Positions 54,084 to 63,560 are shown, counted from the first letter of the whole stretch. The stretch is 63,726 bases of DNA, filler included, from 3 parts of 3 records of this genome joined end to end with filler, not necessarily neighbours in it, one strand, 5' to 3'. Notes: generated by a model not told the origin, from the letters alone. Numbers and translations: made by a program.

Positions 54084-55331
54084 TCAGGCTTCCCGTCGGA
54101 GCACGGCGACCTTGGCGGTGGGGCCCTGCCCATACAACCAGTTCTGTGCCAGCCGATTGACTTCTTCAAGCCCATCCAGCAAACCGGATTCCATCGTCTC
54201 CGACGGAGTCGGCTGACTGGGCAGGCGCCGCAGCGCCTCCGACATGACGTCCGGGTCACGCTCGCCGTCATCCACGAGCATGGCGGTGATCCCCAGCTCT
54301 TCGGCGCGGGCGGCGCGAATATACTGCTCCATCCGCGGCTCCGTCCGGGGCACGATCAGCGCCCGCTTGTCGAAGGACAGAATCTCGCAGAAAGTGTTGT
54401 AACCACCCATGGCGACAATACCCGCCGCGCGCGCCATCAGGCTCTCGATGCGTGAGTCGAAAGTGATGACATCGACCCGGTCGAGCTCGGCGGCCCGCTC
54501 CATGAAGTCGTTCTGCAACTCCGCCGGCATGAACGGTCCAAGCACGAGAAGAGCGCGGTACGGAAGATCCGCATCCGCTTCGTAAGCCTTGAGAACCCAG
54601 TCCATCAGCCCGTCGCCATCGCCACCGCCACCGGCCGTGACAAGAATGAACGGATCTTCAAGATCCGTCGTCATGATCGGGTGCACGTGACTTGGCACCT
54701 TGCGTTTCAGATAGCCCGTATAGGACGTCTTGGCCTGCACGGAGTCCGGCATTGGCATGCCGGAATACGGATCGCAGACAGACTGCAGGCCATAGACCCA
54801 GATGTCGTCATAGACATCGCGCAGGGCTTCGACCGCGTTCTTGCGCTCCCACTCCGGCAGCAGCTTTTCCGGCTCGTCCATGACGTCACGCAGGCCAAGC
54901 ACCAGCGGTGTTCCGCGCTCCTTCAGCATCTCCAGGGTCGGCCGGACCTCGCCGCGCAGCCCCCAGGGCTCCTTGTCCACGATGAAGAGATCAGGGTCGA
55001 ACGCATCCGCCGTATGCTTGATGATCGAGGAGCGCAGATTCAGCGTATCCTCGATATCCAGATGCAGATTGAGCGAGGTGTAATCGCCGTTGCGCAGCTT
55101 GATCACGCCCGGAATGCGGACGAAATCGACGCGCGTGCGAAAATCGAAACTGCCTATGATCGGCGACCCGGACAGAATCAGCACGGACAGGTCGGACTGC
55201 CGTTCCACCAAAGAGTGCGCAATTGCCCGGCAACGCCGGAGGTGACCCAGCCCCATTGTATCGTGGCTGTACATCAGCACACGTTTTGGGCCGCGTTTGT
55301 TGCTAGCAGCGTACGTCAAACGCTCATCCAC
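54084..55331 (-). CDS. GT-B glycosyltransferase, COG4671-like
   Basis: YSHDTMGLGHLRR, LGLRDVMD, VTAGGGGDG, MGGYNTFCE, EQYIRA. Confidence 0.88.
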   Translation of the reverse strand: MDERLTYAASNKRGPKRVLMYSHDTMGLGHLRRCRAIAHSLVERQSDLSVLILSGSPIIGSFDFRTRVDFVRIPGVIKLRNGDYTSLNLHLDIEDTLNLRSSIIKHTADAFDPDLFIVDKEPWGLRGEVRPTLEMLKERGTPLVLGLRDVMDEPEKLLPEWERKNAVEALRDVYDDIWVYGLQSVCDPYSGMPMPDSVQAKTSYTGYLKRKVPSHVHPIMTTDLEDPFILVTAGGGGDGDGLMDWVLKAYEADADLPYRALLVLGPFMPAELQNDFMERAAELDRVDVITFDSRIESLMARAAGIVAMGGYNTFCEILSFDKRALIVPRTEPRMEQYIRAARAEELGITAMLVDDGERDPDVMSEALRRLPSQPTPSETMESGLLDGLEEVNRLAQNWLYGQGPTAKVAVLRREA

Positions 55332-55542
55332 TCACACATCGGCCTTGAAAGCTGAAGGCCCCGCTGAACCGCGGGTTTGATCCCCACGCATATCCCCATT
55401 TTCTTATCACTATGCCACAGTGTTACTTGTGGCAAAACCAGTTTGGCCTAACCCGCATTTACGTTATGACACTGTTCGGTTACTGTTTTGCGCACAAACG
55501 ATTTTTGCCGACATCGCCAACCTGCATAGGCTGACGGACCGC

Positions 55543-58179
55543 ATGGAACCTACGATTTTCCGGTTCATCCTCCGGCACAGCAAGAAAGAACAGATCTTCC
55601 TTCTTGTACTGACCGGACTCTCTTTCCCTTTTCTCTATTATTCTCTCGACCTTCCAAAAACCATCATCAACCAGGCCATCGGCGGAAAAGACTTTCCCCG
55701 CGACCTGTTCGGGTATCAGCTCGACCAAATCCCGTACCTGCTGCTGCTGAGCGTGATCTTCCTCGCCCTCGTCTGCGTCAATGGGGGTTTCAAATACTAT
55801 ATCAACGTCTTTCGCGGCCAGCTTGGCGAGCGCATGCTGCGGCGTCTGCGCTACGACCTTTATGCCCGGGTCCTGCGCTTCCCTCTGCCGCATTTCAAAA
55901 AAGTCAGTCAGGGCGAAGTGATTCCGATGATCACCGCCGAGGTCGAGCCGCTTGGCGGCTTCATCGGCGATGCGGTCTCCCTGCCGGCTTTTCAGGGCGG
56001 CACGCTGCTGACCATTCTGGTCTTCATGTTCGTGCAGGACCCGATCCTCGGCACCGCCGCAATCGCGCTCTATCCGGTCCAGGGCTATATCATTCCGAAG
56101 CTGCAGCGCCGGGTGAACGAGCTTGGCAAGGAGCGGGTAAAGGCAGTCCGCAAACTGTCGGACCGGATTGGCGAGAGCATTTCCGGCGTTCAGGAGATCC
56201 ACGCCAACAATACGGCGCGCTTCGCCCTCGCCAATTTCACTGCCCGTCTGGGCGAGATCTACACGATCCGCTACGAGATCTATCGGCGCAAATTCTTCAT
56301 CAAGTTCCTGAACAACTTCATCGCCCAGCTGACCCCGTTCTTCTTCTATTCGATCGGCGGCGTGCTGGTGATCAAGGGGGATCTCACCTTCGGGGCTCTG
56401 GTTGCCATTCTGGCCGCCTACAAGGATCTGTCCGCGCCCTGGAAGGAATTGCTGAGCTACTACCAGCGCAAGGAAGATTCCCGGATCAAGTACGATCAGG
56501 TGATCGAGCAGTTCGACACGGCGGGCAGCCTGACCGAAGCCCAGCAGCTGGATGAGCCGGAAGAGCCGGTTTCGCTGGCTGGACCGGTGGCACTGCGCAA
56601 TCTCGGCCTGATGGATGACGACGGCGAAGTCCTGCTGGAAAACGTCACCTTCGAAATCAAGCAGGGCGAAAAAGTCGCGATTGCAGGTCCCGGCGGCGGC
56701 GGCAAGGATCTCCTGGCAATGGTGGCGGCGCGCCTGCTGTTACCGACATCCGGCAGCATCACCATGAACGGGATCGACATCTCGGGCCTGCCGGAGGCCG
56801 TCACGGGACGGCGGATCGGCTATGTCGGGCCAAGCGCTTTCGTATTCTCCAGCACAATCCGCGAGAATATGCTGCTGGGCGCCCGTCATGTTCCGCACGG
56901 CGATCCGGACCCCGAATGCTATCCGGATTCCCCCGGCCAGCGCGAAGCCGCGGAAGCATCCGGAAACTCGCTTGACCCGATTTCGGCCAACTGGGTCGAC
57001 TACCAGGCGGTTGGCGTCGAGGAAGACCGCCTGAATGCGCGCCTCGCCGACCTGCTGCGCGTGGTCGGCCTTGAAGACGAGGTCTATGCTTTCGGGTTGC
57101 GCGGCTCCCTTGATCTGGCCAGTCGCGACGAAACCGGACAGCGCATCCTCGGAGCCCGGGCAAAGCTCCGTTCCCGTCTCGGGGAACTGGATCTCGACAC
57201 TCTGGTCGAGCCGTTCGATGCGGAGAAGTTCAACACCAATGCAAGCGTGGCCGAGAACCTGCTGTTCGGCACGCCGGTCGGTGAGCAGTTCAAGCTCGAC
57301 CGTCTCGCCAGCGATCCCTATGTCCGCTCGGTTCTCGACCAGGTTGGCCTGACCGAGGATTTTGTCCGGATCGGCCGCGACGTGGCGGCAACGATGGTCG
57401 AGCTGTTCAAGGATTTGCCACCCGATCATGAATTCTTCGCGCAATATGCCTTCATCTCGGCCGACGAGCTGCCGGATTATCAGACACTGGTGCAGCGGGC
57501 CGACAGGGTTGGCCTGGATGAAATGGGGCCGGAGGACCGGAACCGTTTCCTCGATCTGCCGTTCAAGCTGATCCCGGCCCGGCACCGCCTCGGCATGATC
57601 GAAGAGGATCTGAAAGACCGGATCCTCGAAGCCCGCAAGGCTTTCCGCGAAGGGTTGCCGGAAGACCAGCAGTCCGCGCTGGAGTTCTTCTCTGTCGATC
57701 AGTTCAATCTTGCCGCCTCGGTGCAGGACAACATCCTGTTCGGCAAGATCGCCTACGGACAGGCCGACGCCGGTAACCGGGTCGGCGCAGTGCTCGCGGA
57801 AGTCATCGAGTCCGAAGGGCTGCGCGACACGGTTATCGAGATCGGCCTGGGAGCGGAGGCGGGTATCGCCGGCTCCCGCCTGACCACACCGCAGCGGCAA
57901 AAGGTCGCGATTGCCCGCATGCTACTCCGCCGGCCGGATATCCTGATCCTGAACGAAGCGGTTTCGACCCTCGATTCCGGGGTTCAGGCGCCAACCGTGG
58001 CCCGCATCCTGAAGGAGGCCGGCGACCGGACGGTTATTCTCATTGCCCAGCGCGCCCGCTTGGCGCAACCGTTCGATCGTGTTCTGGTAATGCGCGGCGG
58101 CCGGGTGATCGAAGACGGCACATTTGATACTCTCGACAAGGAAGGGACCGTGTTCCGGGGATTACTCGATGAGGAATAA
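55543..58179 (+). CDS. ABC exporter-like fused TMD-NBD protein with degenerate ATPase motifs and an internal duplication
   Basis: Type IV exporter TMD (LGERMLRRLR..LY..VLRFPLPHF), Walker A region GPGGGGKD, signature region LTTPQRQK, Walker B region ILILNEA. Start MEPTIF at 55543 preferred. Confidence 0.9.
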   Translation: MEPTIFRFILRHSKKEQIFLLVLTGLSFPFLYYSLDLPKTIINQAIGGKDFPRDLFGYQLDQIPYLLLLSVIFLALVCVNGGFKYYINVFRGQLGERMLRRLRYDLYARVLRFPLPHFKKVSQGEVIPMITAEVEPLGGFIGDAVSLPAFQGGTLLTILVFMFVQDPILGTAAIALYPVQGYIIPKLQRRVNELGKERVKAVRKLSDRIGESISGVQEIHANNTARFALANFTARLGEIYTIRYEIYRRKFFIKFLNNFIAQLTPFFFYSIGGVLVIKGDLTFGALVAILAAYKDLSAPWKELLSYYQRKEDSRIKYDQVIEQFDTAGSLTEAQQLDEPEEPVSLAGPVALRNLGLMDDDGEVLLENVTFEIKQGEKVAIAGPGGGGKDLLAMVAARLLLPTSGSITMNGIDISGLPEAVTGRRIGYVGPSAFVFSSTIRENMLLGARHVPHGDPDPECYPDSPGQREAAEASGNSLDPISANWVDYQAVGVEEDRLNARLADLLRVVGLEDEVYAFGLRGSLDLASRDETGQRILGARAKLRSRLGELDLDTLVEPFDAEKFNTNASVAENLLFGTPVGEQFKLDRLASDPYVRSVLDQVGLTEDFVRIGRDVAATMVELFKDLPPDHEFFAQYAFISADELPDYQTLVQRADRVGLDEMGPEDRNRFLDLPFKLIPARHRLGMIEEDLKDRILEARKAFREGLPEDQQSALEFFSVDQFNLAASVQDNILFGKIAYGQADAGNRVGAVLAEVIESEGLRDTVIEIGLGAEAGIAGSRLTTPQRQKVAIARMLLRRPDILILNEAVSTLDSGVQAPTVARILKEAGDRTVILIAQRARLAQPFDRVLVMRGGRVIEDGTFDTLDKEGTVFRGLLDEE

Positions 58180-58209
58180 TCCGGAACCGGTAAGACAAAG
58201 GGTCCACCC

Positions 58210-58665
58210 ATGAGTCTGAATGAAGAAGTCGAGCTCCTGAAGAACATCCCGCTCTTCGCCAAGATCGAGCCATCGAAGCTGAAACTTCTCGCCTTCACCT
58301 CCGAGCGCTTGGTCTATGCGGACGGGCAGGTGCTGTTCAGTCAGGGGGATTCCGGCGATGCCGCCTATATCATCATCGGCGGAACCGCCTCGGTGCTGAT
58401 CAAAACGGAGAACGGCATGGTCGAGGTAGCCCAGCTCAGCAAGGGCGACGTGGTCGGCGAGATCGCCATTCTGTGCGATGTGCCGCGCACGGCAACCGTA
58501 CAGGCCAAGGAAGCCCTGACCACCCTGAAGATCAACAAGGAAGCGTTCTTCCGTCTCGTCACCGATTTCCCGCTGATCGCGGTCGAGATCATGCGTGAGC
58601 TGGCGGCCCGCCTGGAGCAGACCAATGTCCAGCTCCGCGCCGCGCTTTCCGATAACGGAAACTAG
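58210..58665 (+). CDS. Stand-alone cyclic-nucleotide-binding domain protein
   Basis: LKNIPLF, LFSQGDSGDAAYII, GEIAILCDVPRTATV. No HTH follows. Confidence 0.93.
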   Translation: MSLNEEVELLKNIPLFAKIEPSKLKLLAFTSERLVYADGQVLFSQGDSGDAAYIIIGGTASVLIKTENGMVEVAQLSKGDVVGEIAILCDVPRTATVQAKEALTTLKINKEAFFRLVTDFPLIAVEIMRELAARLEQTNVQLRAALSDNGN

Positions 58666-58674
58666 CAGCAGCCC

Positions 58675-59163
58675 GTGAGCCGTCTCGACAGTGCCATCCG
58701 CCGCTTGCAGGCGCAGAAGCTGAGCCTGGAATGGGCCGTCTCGGCCATCGAAAATCATTCCGGAAATGCAATAGAGCTCGGTCTCGGCAATGGCCGGACC
58801 TTCGACCATCTGCGCTCCCTGATGCCGGAGCGCCCCTTCTATGTGTTCGACCGGCAAATCGCAGCGCATCCGGACTGCATCCCGGCGGATGACCGGATTT
58901 TCCTCGGCGATTTCCGCGAGACGCTGGTCACAGCACGGCAGGCGCTCGGCCAGACCGTGCTGCTGGCCCATCTCGATATCGGCACTGGCGAAAAGGCGGC
59001 GAGCATCGCATTGGCGGCGCAAATCGCGCCTCTGGTGGATGCTTTGCTGGCCGACGGCGCCGTGGTTGTCAGCGACCAGCCGGTATCGTTGCCGCGCTGG
59101 ACAGCCGCCGATCTGCCAGAAGAAATCAAGCCCGGCCGTATCCACCTCTACCGAATCGGTTAG
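58675..59163 (+). CDS. Small class I SAM-dependent methyltransferase
   Basis: Motif I AIELGLGNGRTFDHLR, YVFDR, LAHLDIG. Confidence 0.82.
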   Translation: MSRLDSAIRRLQAQKLSLEWAVSAIENHSGNAIELGLGNGRTFDHLRSLMPERPFYVFDRQIAAHPDCIPADDRIFLGDFRETLVTARQALGQTVLLAHLDIGTGEKAASIALAAQIAPLVDALLADGAVVVSDQPVSLPRWTAADLPEEIKPGRIHLYRIG

Positions 59164-59238
59164 CCCCGGCGGGTTGAACCGGGTCGCAACAAGACGCATG
59201 TCACAGCCAGAAAAGCGCCATTTACGCGAGGAAGAGCG

Positions 59239-60324
59239 TTGGATTCACTGACCCAGATCGTGCTCGGCGCGGCCGTCTCCGTTGCCGTCTCCGGACGCCG
59301 CATCGGCCCCCGCAAGGCTGCTCTGCTGGGCGCGGGCCTCGGTACCCTGCCCGATCTCGACGTACTGGTGCGCCATGGCGATGCGGTAAGCGACTTCATC
59401 CTGCATCGAAGCTGGAGCCATTCCCTGCTGGTGCATGCCGCGCTCGCGCCGCTGATCGGCGAAGGCGTGATGCGGGTCTTCAGCGGCCTTCGGGAGCACC
59501 GCGTCACGGCCTATCTGACCGTGTTCCTCTGCCTCGCCACCCACGCGCTGCTTGATGGCATGACGGTCTATGGCACCCAGCTGCTATGGCCTCTGACGAA
59601 TACGCCCTACGGCATCGGGTCCATCTTCATCATCGATCCGCTCTATACCCTGCCGCTGGCCGTCGCCACCGTCTGGGCGCTGCTGCGGCGCGACTGGTCG
59701 GCGAAGGTCGGGCGGGTGACGGCGGTAGCCCTCGCGCTTTCCACTCTCTATCTCGGCTGGTCCCTGGTGGCGCAGCAGGTTGCCAACGGGAAGGCCCGGG
59801 ATGTTCTCGCAAATGCCGGGATCAGGGCCGAGAAGGTATTGGCCACGCCGATGCCCTTCAACACCGTGTTCTGGCGCACCATCGCGATCGATGGCAGCCA
59901 TTACTACAATATCTATCAACCGCTTCTTGCCGGCCCGGACGCGGCCCGCATCCATGCCCACCCGCGCCTCGCCGACGGTGCTCCCTGTCTGGATACGATC
60001 CCCAGCGCTGCCGCCGTCGCGGCTTTCTCGAAGGGCTATTACCGTGTCTTCAGGGACGAGAGCGGACTCCGGATCGCCGATCTCAGAATGGGCGTGACGC
60101 CGAGTTTCGTCTTCGATTTCCGGATCGCATCACCGGATGGCGATAGCTGGAAAGCGATCCTGCCGGAGCGGGTCATAAACGCCCGGTCAGCGCCCGGCGA
60201 CATAGGCTGGCTGCTTGATGGCATGTTCGGCGGAAACACTGTGCGCCCGTCGGAAGCGGCCGCTCTTTTCGATCCGGCGGCGCCGTTAATTGCCGTTCTG
60301 CCAGAGACGCCTGCCTGCGGGTGA
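59239..60324 (+). CDS. Membrane-bound metal-dependent hydrolase (YdjM-like)
   Basis: MDSLTQIVLGA, LPDLD, HRSWSHS, THALLD.MTVYGT, IFIIDPLYT. Confidence 0.88.
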   Translation: MDSLTQIVLGAAVSVAVSGRRIGPRKAALLGAGLGTLPDLDVLVRHGDAVSDFILHRSWSHSLLVHAALAPLIGEGVMRVFSGLREHRVTAYLTVFLCLATHALLDGMTVYGTQLLWPLTNTPYGIGSIFIIDPLYTLPLAVATVWALLRRDWSAKVGRVTAVALALSTLYLGWSLVAQQVANGKARDVLANAGIRAEKVLATPMPFNTVFWRTIAIDGSHYYNIYQPLLAGPDAARIHAHPRLADGAPCLDTIPSAAAVAAFSKGYYRVFRDESGLRIADLRMGVTPSFVFDFRIASPDGDSWKAILPERVINARSAPGDIGWLLDGMFGGNTVRPSEAAALFDPAAPLIAVLPETPACG

Positions 60325-60339
60325 GTTCACTTTCTAAAA

Positions 60340-60424
60340 CCGTCATTCCCTCGAAAGAGGGAACCTAGCGATCATCGAACCATGTCCGTCTTCCCCTGGG
60401 TCCCCGCGTTCGCGAGGATGACGG
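60340..60424. repeat. Alphaproteobacterial REP-like palindromic element
   Basis: CCGTCATTCCCTCGAAAGAGGGAACC...GGGTCCCCGCGTTCGCGAGGATGACGG: terminal inverted repeat with two internal hairpins, between convergent genes. Confidence 0.8.
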
Positions 60425-60451
60425 CTCTTTCTTTTTATTATTTTTAGCCGC

Positions 60452-61243
60452 TCAATCCAGATCGACGATCACCGGGGCATGGTCGGACGGCTTCTCGCCG
60501 CCGCGCATGGCTTTCACCACGGCAGCAGATTTCAGCCGGCTTTTCAGCGGCTCCGTCACCCAGACATGGTCGAGGCGGCGGCCCTTGTCGGCCAGCTCCC
60601 AGTTCTTCGACCGGTAGCTCCACCAGGAATAGAGCTTTTCCGTTTCGGGAACGAAATGGCGAACCGCATCGACCCAGCCGAGTCCGGCCTGCAGCTTGCC
60701 CAGCTCCTCGACCTCGATCGGGGTGTGGCTGACCACTTTCAGCAGCTGCTTGTGCGACCAGACATCATGCTCCAGCGGCGCAATGTTGAGGTCGCCGACC
60801 AGCACCATCGGATCGCTGCCCTTACGTTCGGCCCCGAACCAGCTCTGCATCTCGGCCAGGAAATCGAGCTTGTGGGCGAACTTGTCGTTCACCGCCGGAT
60901 CCGGCTCGTCGCCGCCCGCCGGTACATAGAAATTATGCACTTCGGGTCCGCCGTCGAGACGAACCGCGAGATGCCGGCAATCCGTCTTGCCGCACCAGTC
61001 ACGCTGGCCCTCATCCGTGAAGGGCACGCGGGAGACCACGGCAACGCCGTTATAGCTCTTCATGCCCCGGATCGCCTGATGGACATATCCCGCATCCTTC
61101 AGTGCCTCTGCCGGGAAGGTTTTGTCCTCGGTCTTGGTTTCTTGCAGGCAGAGCACGTCGGGTGCCTGTTCTTGCAGGAAACGCAGCACCGTCGGCAGGC
61201 GCAGGCGCACGGAATTGATGTTCCAGGTGGCAATCCGCATCAC
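60452..61243 (-). CDS. xth: Exodeoxyribonuclease III
   Basis: ATWNINSVRLR, LQETK, YNGVA, GDLNIAP, WWSYR, RLDH, SDHAPV. Confidence 0.95.
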   Translation of the reverse strand: MMRIATWNINSVRLRLPTVLRFLQEQAPDVLCLQETKTEDKTFPAEALKDAGYVHQAIRGMKSYNGVAVVSRVPFTDEGQRDWCGKTDCRHLAVRLDGGPEVHNFYVPAGGDEPDPAVNDKFAHKLDFLAEMQSWFGAERKGSDPMVLVGDLNIAPLEHDVWSHKQLLKVVSHTPIEVEELGKLQAGLGWVDAVRHFVPETEKLYSWWSYRSKNWELADKGRRLDHVWVTEPLKSRLKSAAVVKAMRGGEKPSDHAPVIVDLD

Positions 61244-61271
61244 TCTGTCTTTCGGTTCGGGGAGTTAAGGA

Positions 61272-62060
61272 TTATTCGGCTGCGGCGGCGAGGCCGAGAC
61301 GGGCATTGAGATGGGCCCGGCAGGCATCGCCGAAAGCCTCGAAGATTTTCTTGTTCAGCCCCTCGATCGGAACCGGCCATTCCGGGTGCCACTGCACGCC
61401 GAGCACGAATGCCTTGGCGCCGGGCACGCTGATCGCCTCGACGATACCGTCCGGCGCCACCGCCTCCACAACCACGCCGTCGCCCGGCTGATCAATGCCC
61501 TGGGCATGCAGCGAGTTGACCAGCGCGGTATCGGTCCCGGCGATGCGGGCAAGCTTGCCGCCTTCGGTTATGCGAATTTCATGGGCAGGTCGGTATTTGC
61601 GCGTGTACGCGACATCCCGGCGCATGCGGTGATCGAACCGGTCTTCCATGTCGAAGATGCGCTGATGCAGGGTGCCGCCGAGGGCGACATTCATTTCCTG
61701 GATCCCCCGGCAGATCCCGAGCACCGGCACACCGGCTTCGATCGCCTTGCGGATCAGCGGCAGGGTAACGCCGTCGCGGCGCGGATCGTGCTCGGTACCC
61801 TCGACACTGTCGGGGCCGTTGAAGTTATGCGGCTCGACATTCGACGGGCTGCCGGTCAGCAGCAATCCGTCGAGATGGGCCACCAGACTGTCCAGATCCA
61901 GCGCGCCCGCTTCCAGCGCCGGAATGATCATCGGCAGGCCGCCAACCGGGGTCGGCACGCAGCTGACGTATTTTTCGGAGACCTTCTGCGTCGAATGGTC
62001 CTCGCTCTGCAGATGACAGGCAGTGACACCGATCAGGGGCAGGTTCGGGACGGACAGCAT
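61272..62060 (-). CDS. Gamma-glutamyl-gamma-aminobutyrate hydrolase family (peptidase C26, PuuD-like)
   Basis: DGLLLTGSPSNV, LGICRGIQEMNVALGG, VNSLH.QG, GVQWHPE. Confidence 0.92.
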   Translation of the reverse strand: MLSVPNLPLIGVTACHLQSEDHSTQKVSEKYVSCVPTPVGGLPMIIPALEAGALDLDSLVAHLDGLLLTGSPSNVEPHNFNGPDSVEGTEHDPRRDGVTLPLIRKAIEAGVPVLGICRGIQEMNVALGGTLHQRIFDMEDRFDHRMRRDVAYTRKYRPAHEIRITEGGKLARIAGTDTALVNSLHAQGIDQPGDGVVVEAVAPDGIVEAISVPGAKAFVLGVQWHPEWPVPIEGLNKKIFEAFGDACRAHLNARLGLAAAAE

Positions 62061-62156
62061 CTAAGGCTCCTCGGCTCATGACTGGTAACGCCCGGATCTC
62101 CGGGCTGTGAGGGCGCGCAACTGGCGGCGCCGGAATTCGCCTGCCATATTCGCTCC

Positions 62157-62927
62157 ATGAACGACGCCACGCAACAGCTAGTGCAGCATAAGGGCGTGTT
62201 GATCCTTGCATGGATTGCCGTGCTCTTCGCCGCCGAACGATGGCTCCCCGCCGCACCGCGACGGGGCGGCTGGGCCCGTGTGATCCGCAATGCCCTGCTC
62301 TGGCTCATTAACAGCGCCCTCTCGCCATTGATCGTGATCCCGGTCTCTCTCTGGGCCGCGCAGCATGCGCTCGGCTGGCGCCCGGACTGGCTCACCGGCG
62401 GGCCGGGCCTGATCGCGGATATCCTGGTGCTTGATATGCTGATCTACTGGTGGCACCGGCTGAACCACGAAATCCCGTTCCTCTGGCGCTTCCACGAGGT
62501 GCACCATCTGGACGAATTCCTCGATGTCAGTTCTGCCGTGCGTTTTCATTTCGGCGAGGTCCTGCTGAGTGCCGGTGCCCGCGCCGCGATCATCATCCTG
62601 CTCGGCATCCCCTTCACCTCGGTCATCGTCTTCGAGACCCTGGTGATTCTGTCCGCCCTGTTCCACCACTCGAACCTGAGGCTCGGGGCAAAGCTGGAAG
62701 CCGCGCTCGCCCGGATCATCGTGACGCCGTCGATCCACTGGGTGCATCACCACGCGATCCGGGCGGATACGGATTCGAATTATGCGACGATTTTCAGCTG
62801 GTGGGATCTTGTGTTCCGCTCACGCAGCGCGACGGCGAGGACGGCGGAAATGAAGATCGGGGTGGAAGGGCGGAGCGATGAGGACGCTGTCCCGCTGATT
62901 GTTCTACCGTTCAGAAACAACCGCTGA
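62157..62927 (+). CDS. Sterol desaturase / fatty-acid hydroxylase family
   Basis: His boxes HRLNH, HEVHH, HHSN, HWVHH; NYA.IFSWWD. Confidence 0.9.
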   Translation: MNDATQQLVQHKGVLILAWIAVLFAAERWLPAAPRRGGWARVIRNALLWLINSALSPLIVIPVSLWAAQHALGWRPDWLTGGPGLIADILVLDMLIYWWHRLNHEIPFLWRFHEVHHLDEFLDVSSAVRFHFGEVLLSAGARAAIIILLGIPFTSVIVFETLVILSALFHHSNLRLGAKLEAALARIIVTPSIHWVHHHAIRADTDSNYATIFSWWDLVFRSRSATARTAEMKIGVEGRSDEDAVPLIVLPFRNNR

Positions 62928-62936
62928 GATCACCGC

Positions 62937-63560
62937 CTATTTGTCGACGAAAGTATCGCCTTCGAAATCCTGCGGCTTGAACAGGTCGTCTTTCAGGGTC
63001 ATCCCGCGCCGGGTTTCCAGCAACGCCACCTTCACTTCGACACCCTGCGCGTCGGTGATGGTCCATTGCCTGAGGGCAAGCGGCGCATCGGAAAACACCA
63101 TCTGCACCATGCCGGCCTCGGGATCATCCCGCATCCGCATCAGCAGGCGGATGACGCCGGGATTGCGGACCACGTCCAGAACCTCAAGACCGGTCTTGAA
63201 GTCCACCGGATCCTCGACCAGCACCGAAAGCGGCGTGCTGCCGAGCGGAACATGCGTGGTCTGTTCCAGCTCATTGTCCTGAAACACCAGCCAGGTACCG
63301 TCGGAGACCAGCAGGATCGGGGACGGCTCGTCATACTCGAACCGCATCAGGCCCGGCCGCTTCAGGGAGAGAATGCCCTGCGCCGTCGCTCCTGTGCTGG
63401 CGACTTGCAGGAAGCGCGCCTGCAGGGTGGTGATGCCGTTGAAATAGGCCTCGATTTTCTTCAGGTTGGCCTTGTCTTCCGCGCTGAGCGGGGCTGCTTT
63501 CGCGCCGAGCGGGAAGGCCAGGAACAGGATGGTGGCAAAGGTGGCGATCAGTTTTTTCAT
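62937..63560 (-). CDS. lolA: Outer-membrane lipoprotein carrier LolA-like protein
   Basis: Signal peptide MKKLIATF, TLQARFLQ, KRPGLMRFEY, LLVSDG, TPLSVL. Confidence 0.85.
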   Translation of the reverse strand: MKKLIATFATILFLAFPLGAKAAPLSAEDKANLKKIEAYFNGITTLQARFLQVASTGATAQGILSLKRPGLMRFEYDEPSPILLVSDGTWLVFQDNELEQTTHVPLGSTPLSVLVEDPVDFKTGLEVLDVVRNPGVIRLLMRMRDDPEAGMVQMVFSDAPLALRQWTITDAQGVEVKVALLETRRGMTLKDDLFKPQDFEGDTFVDK

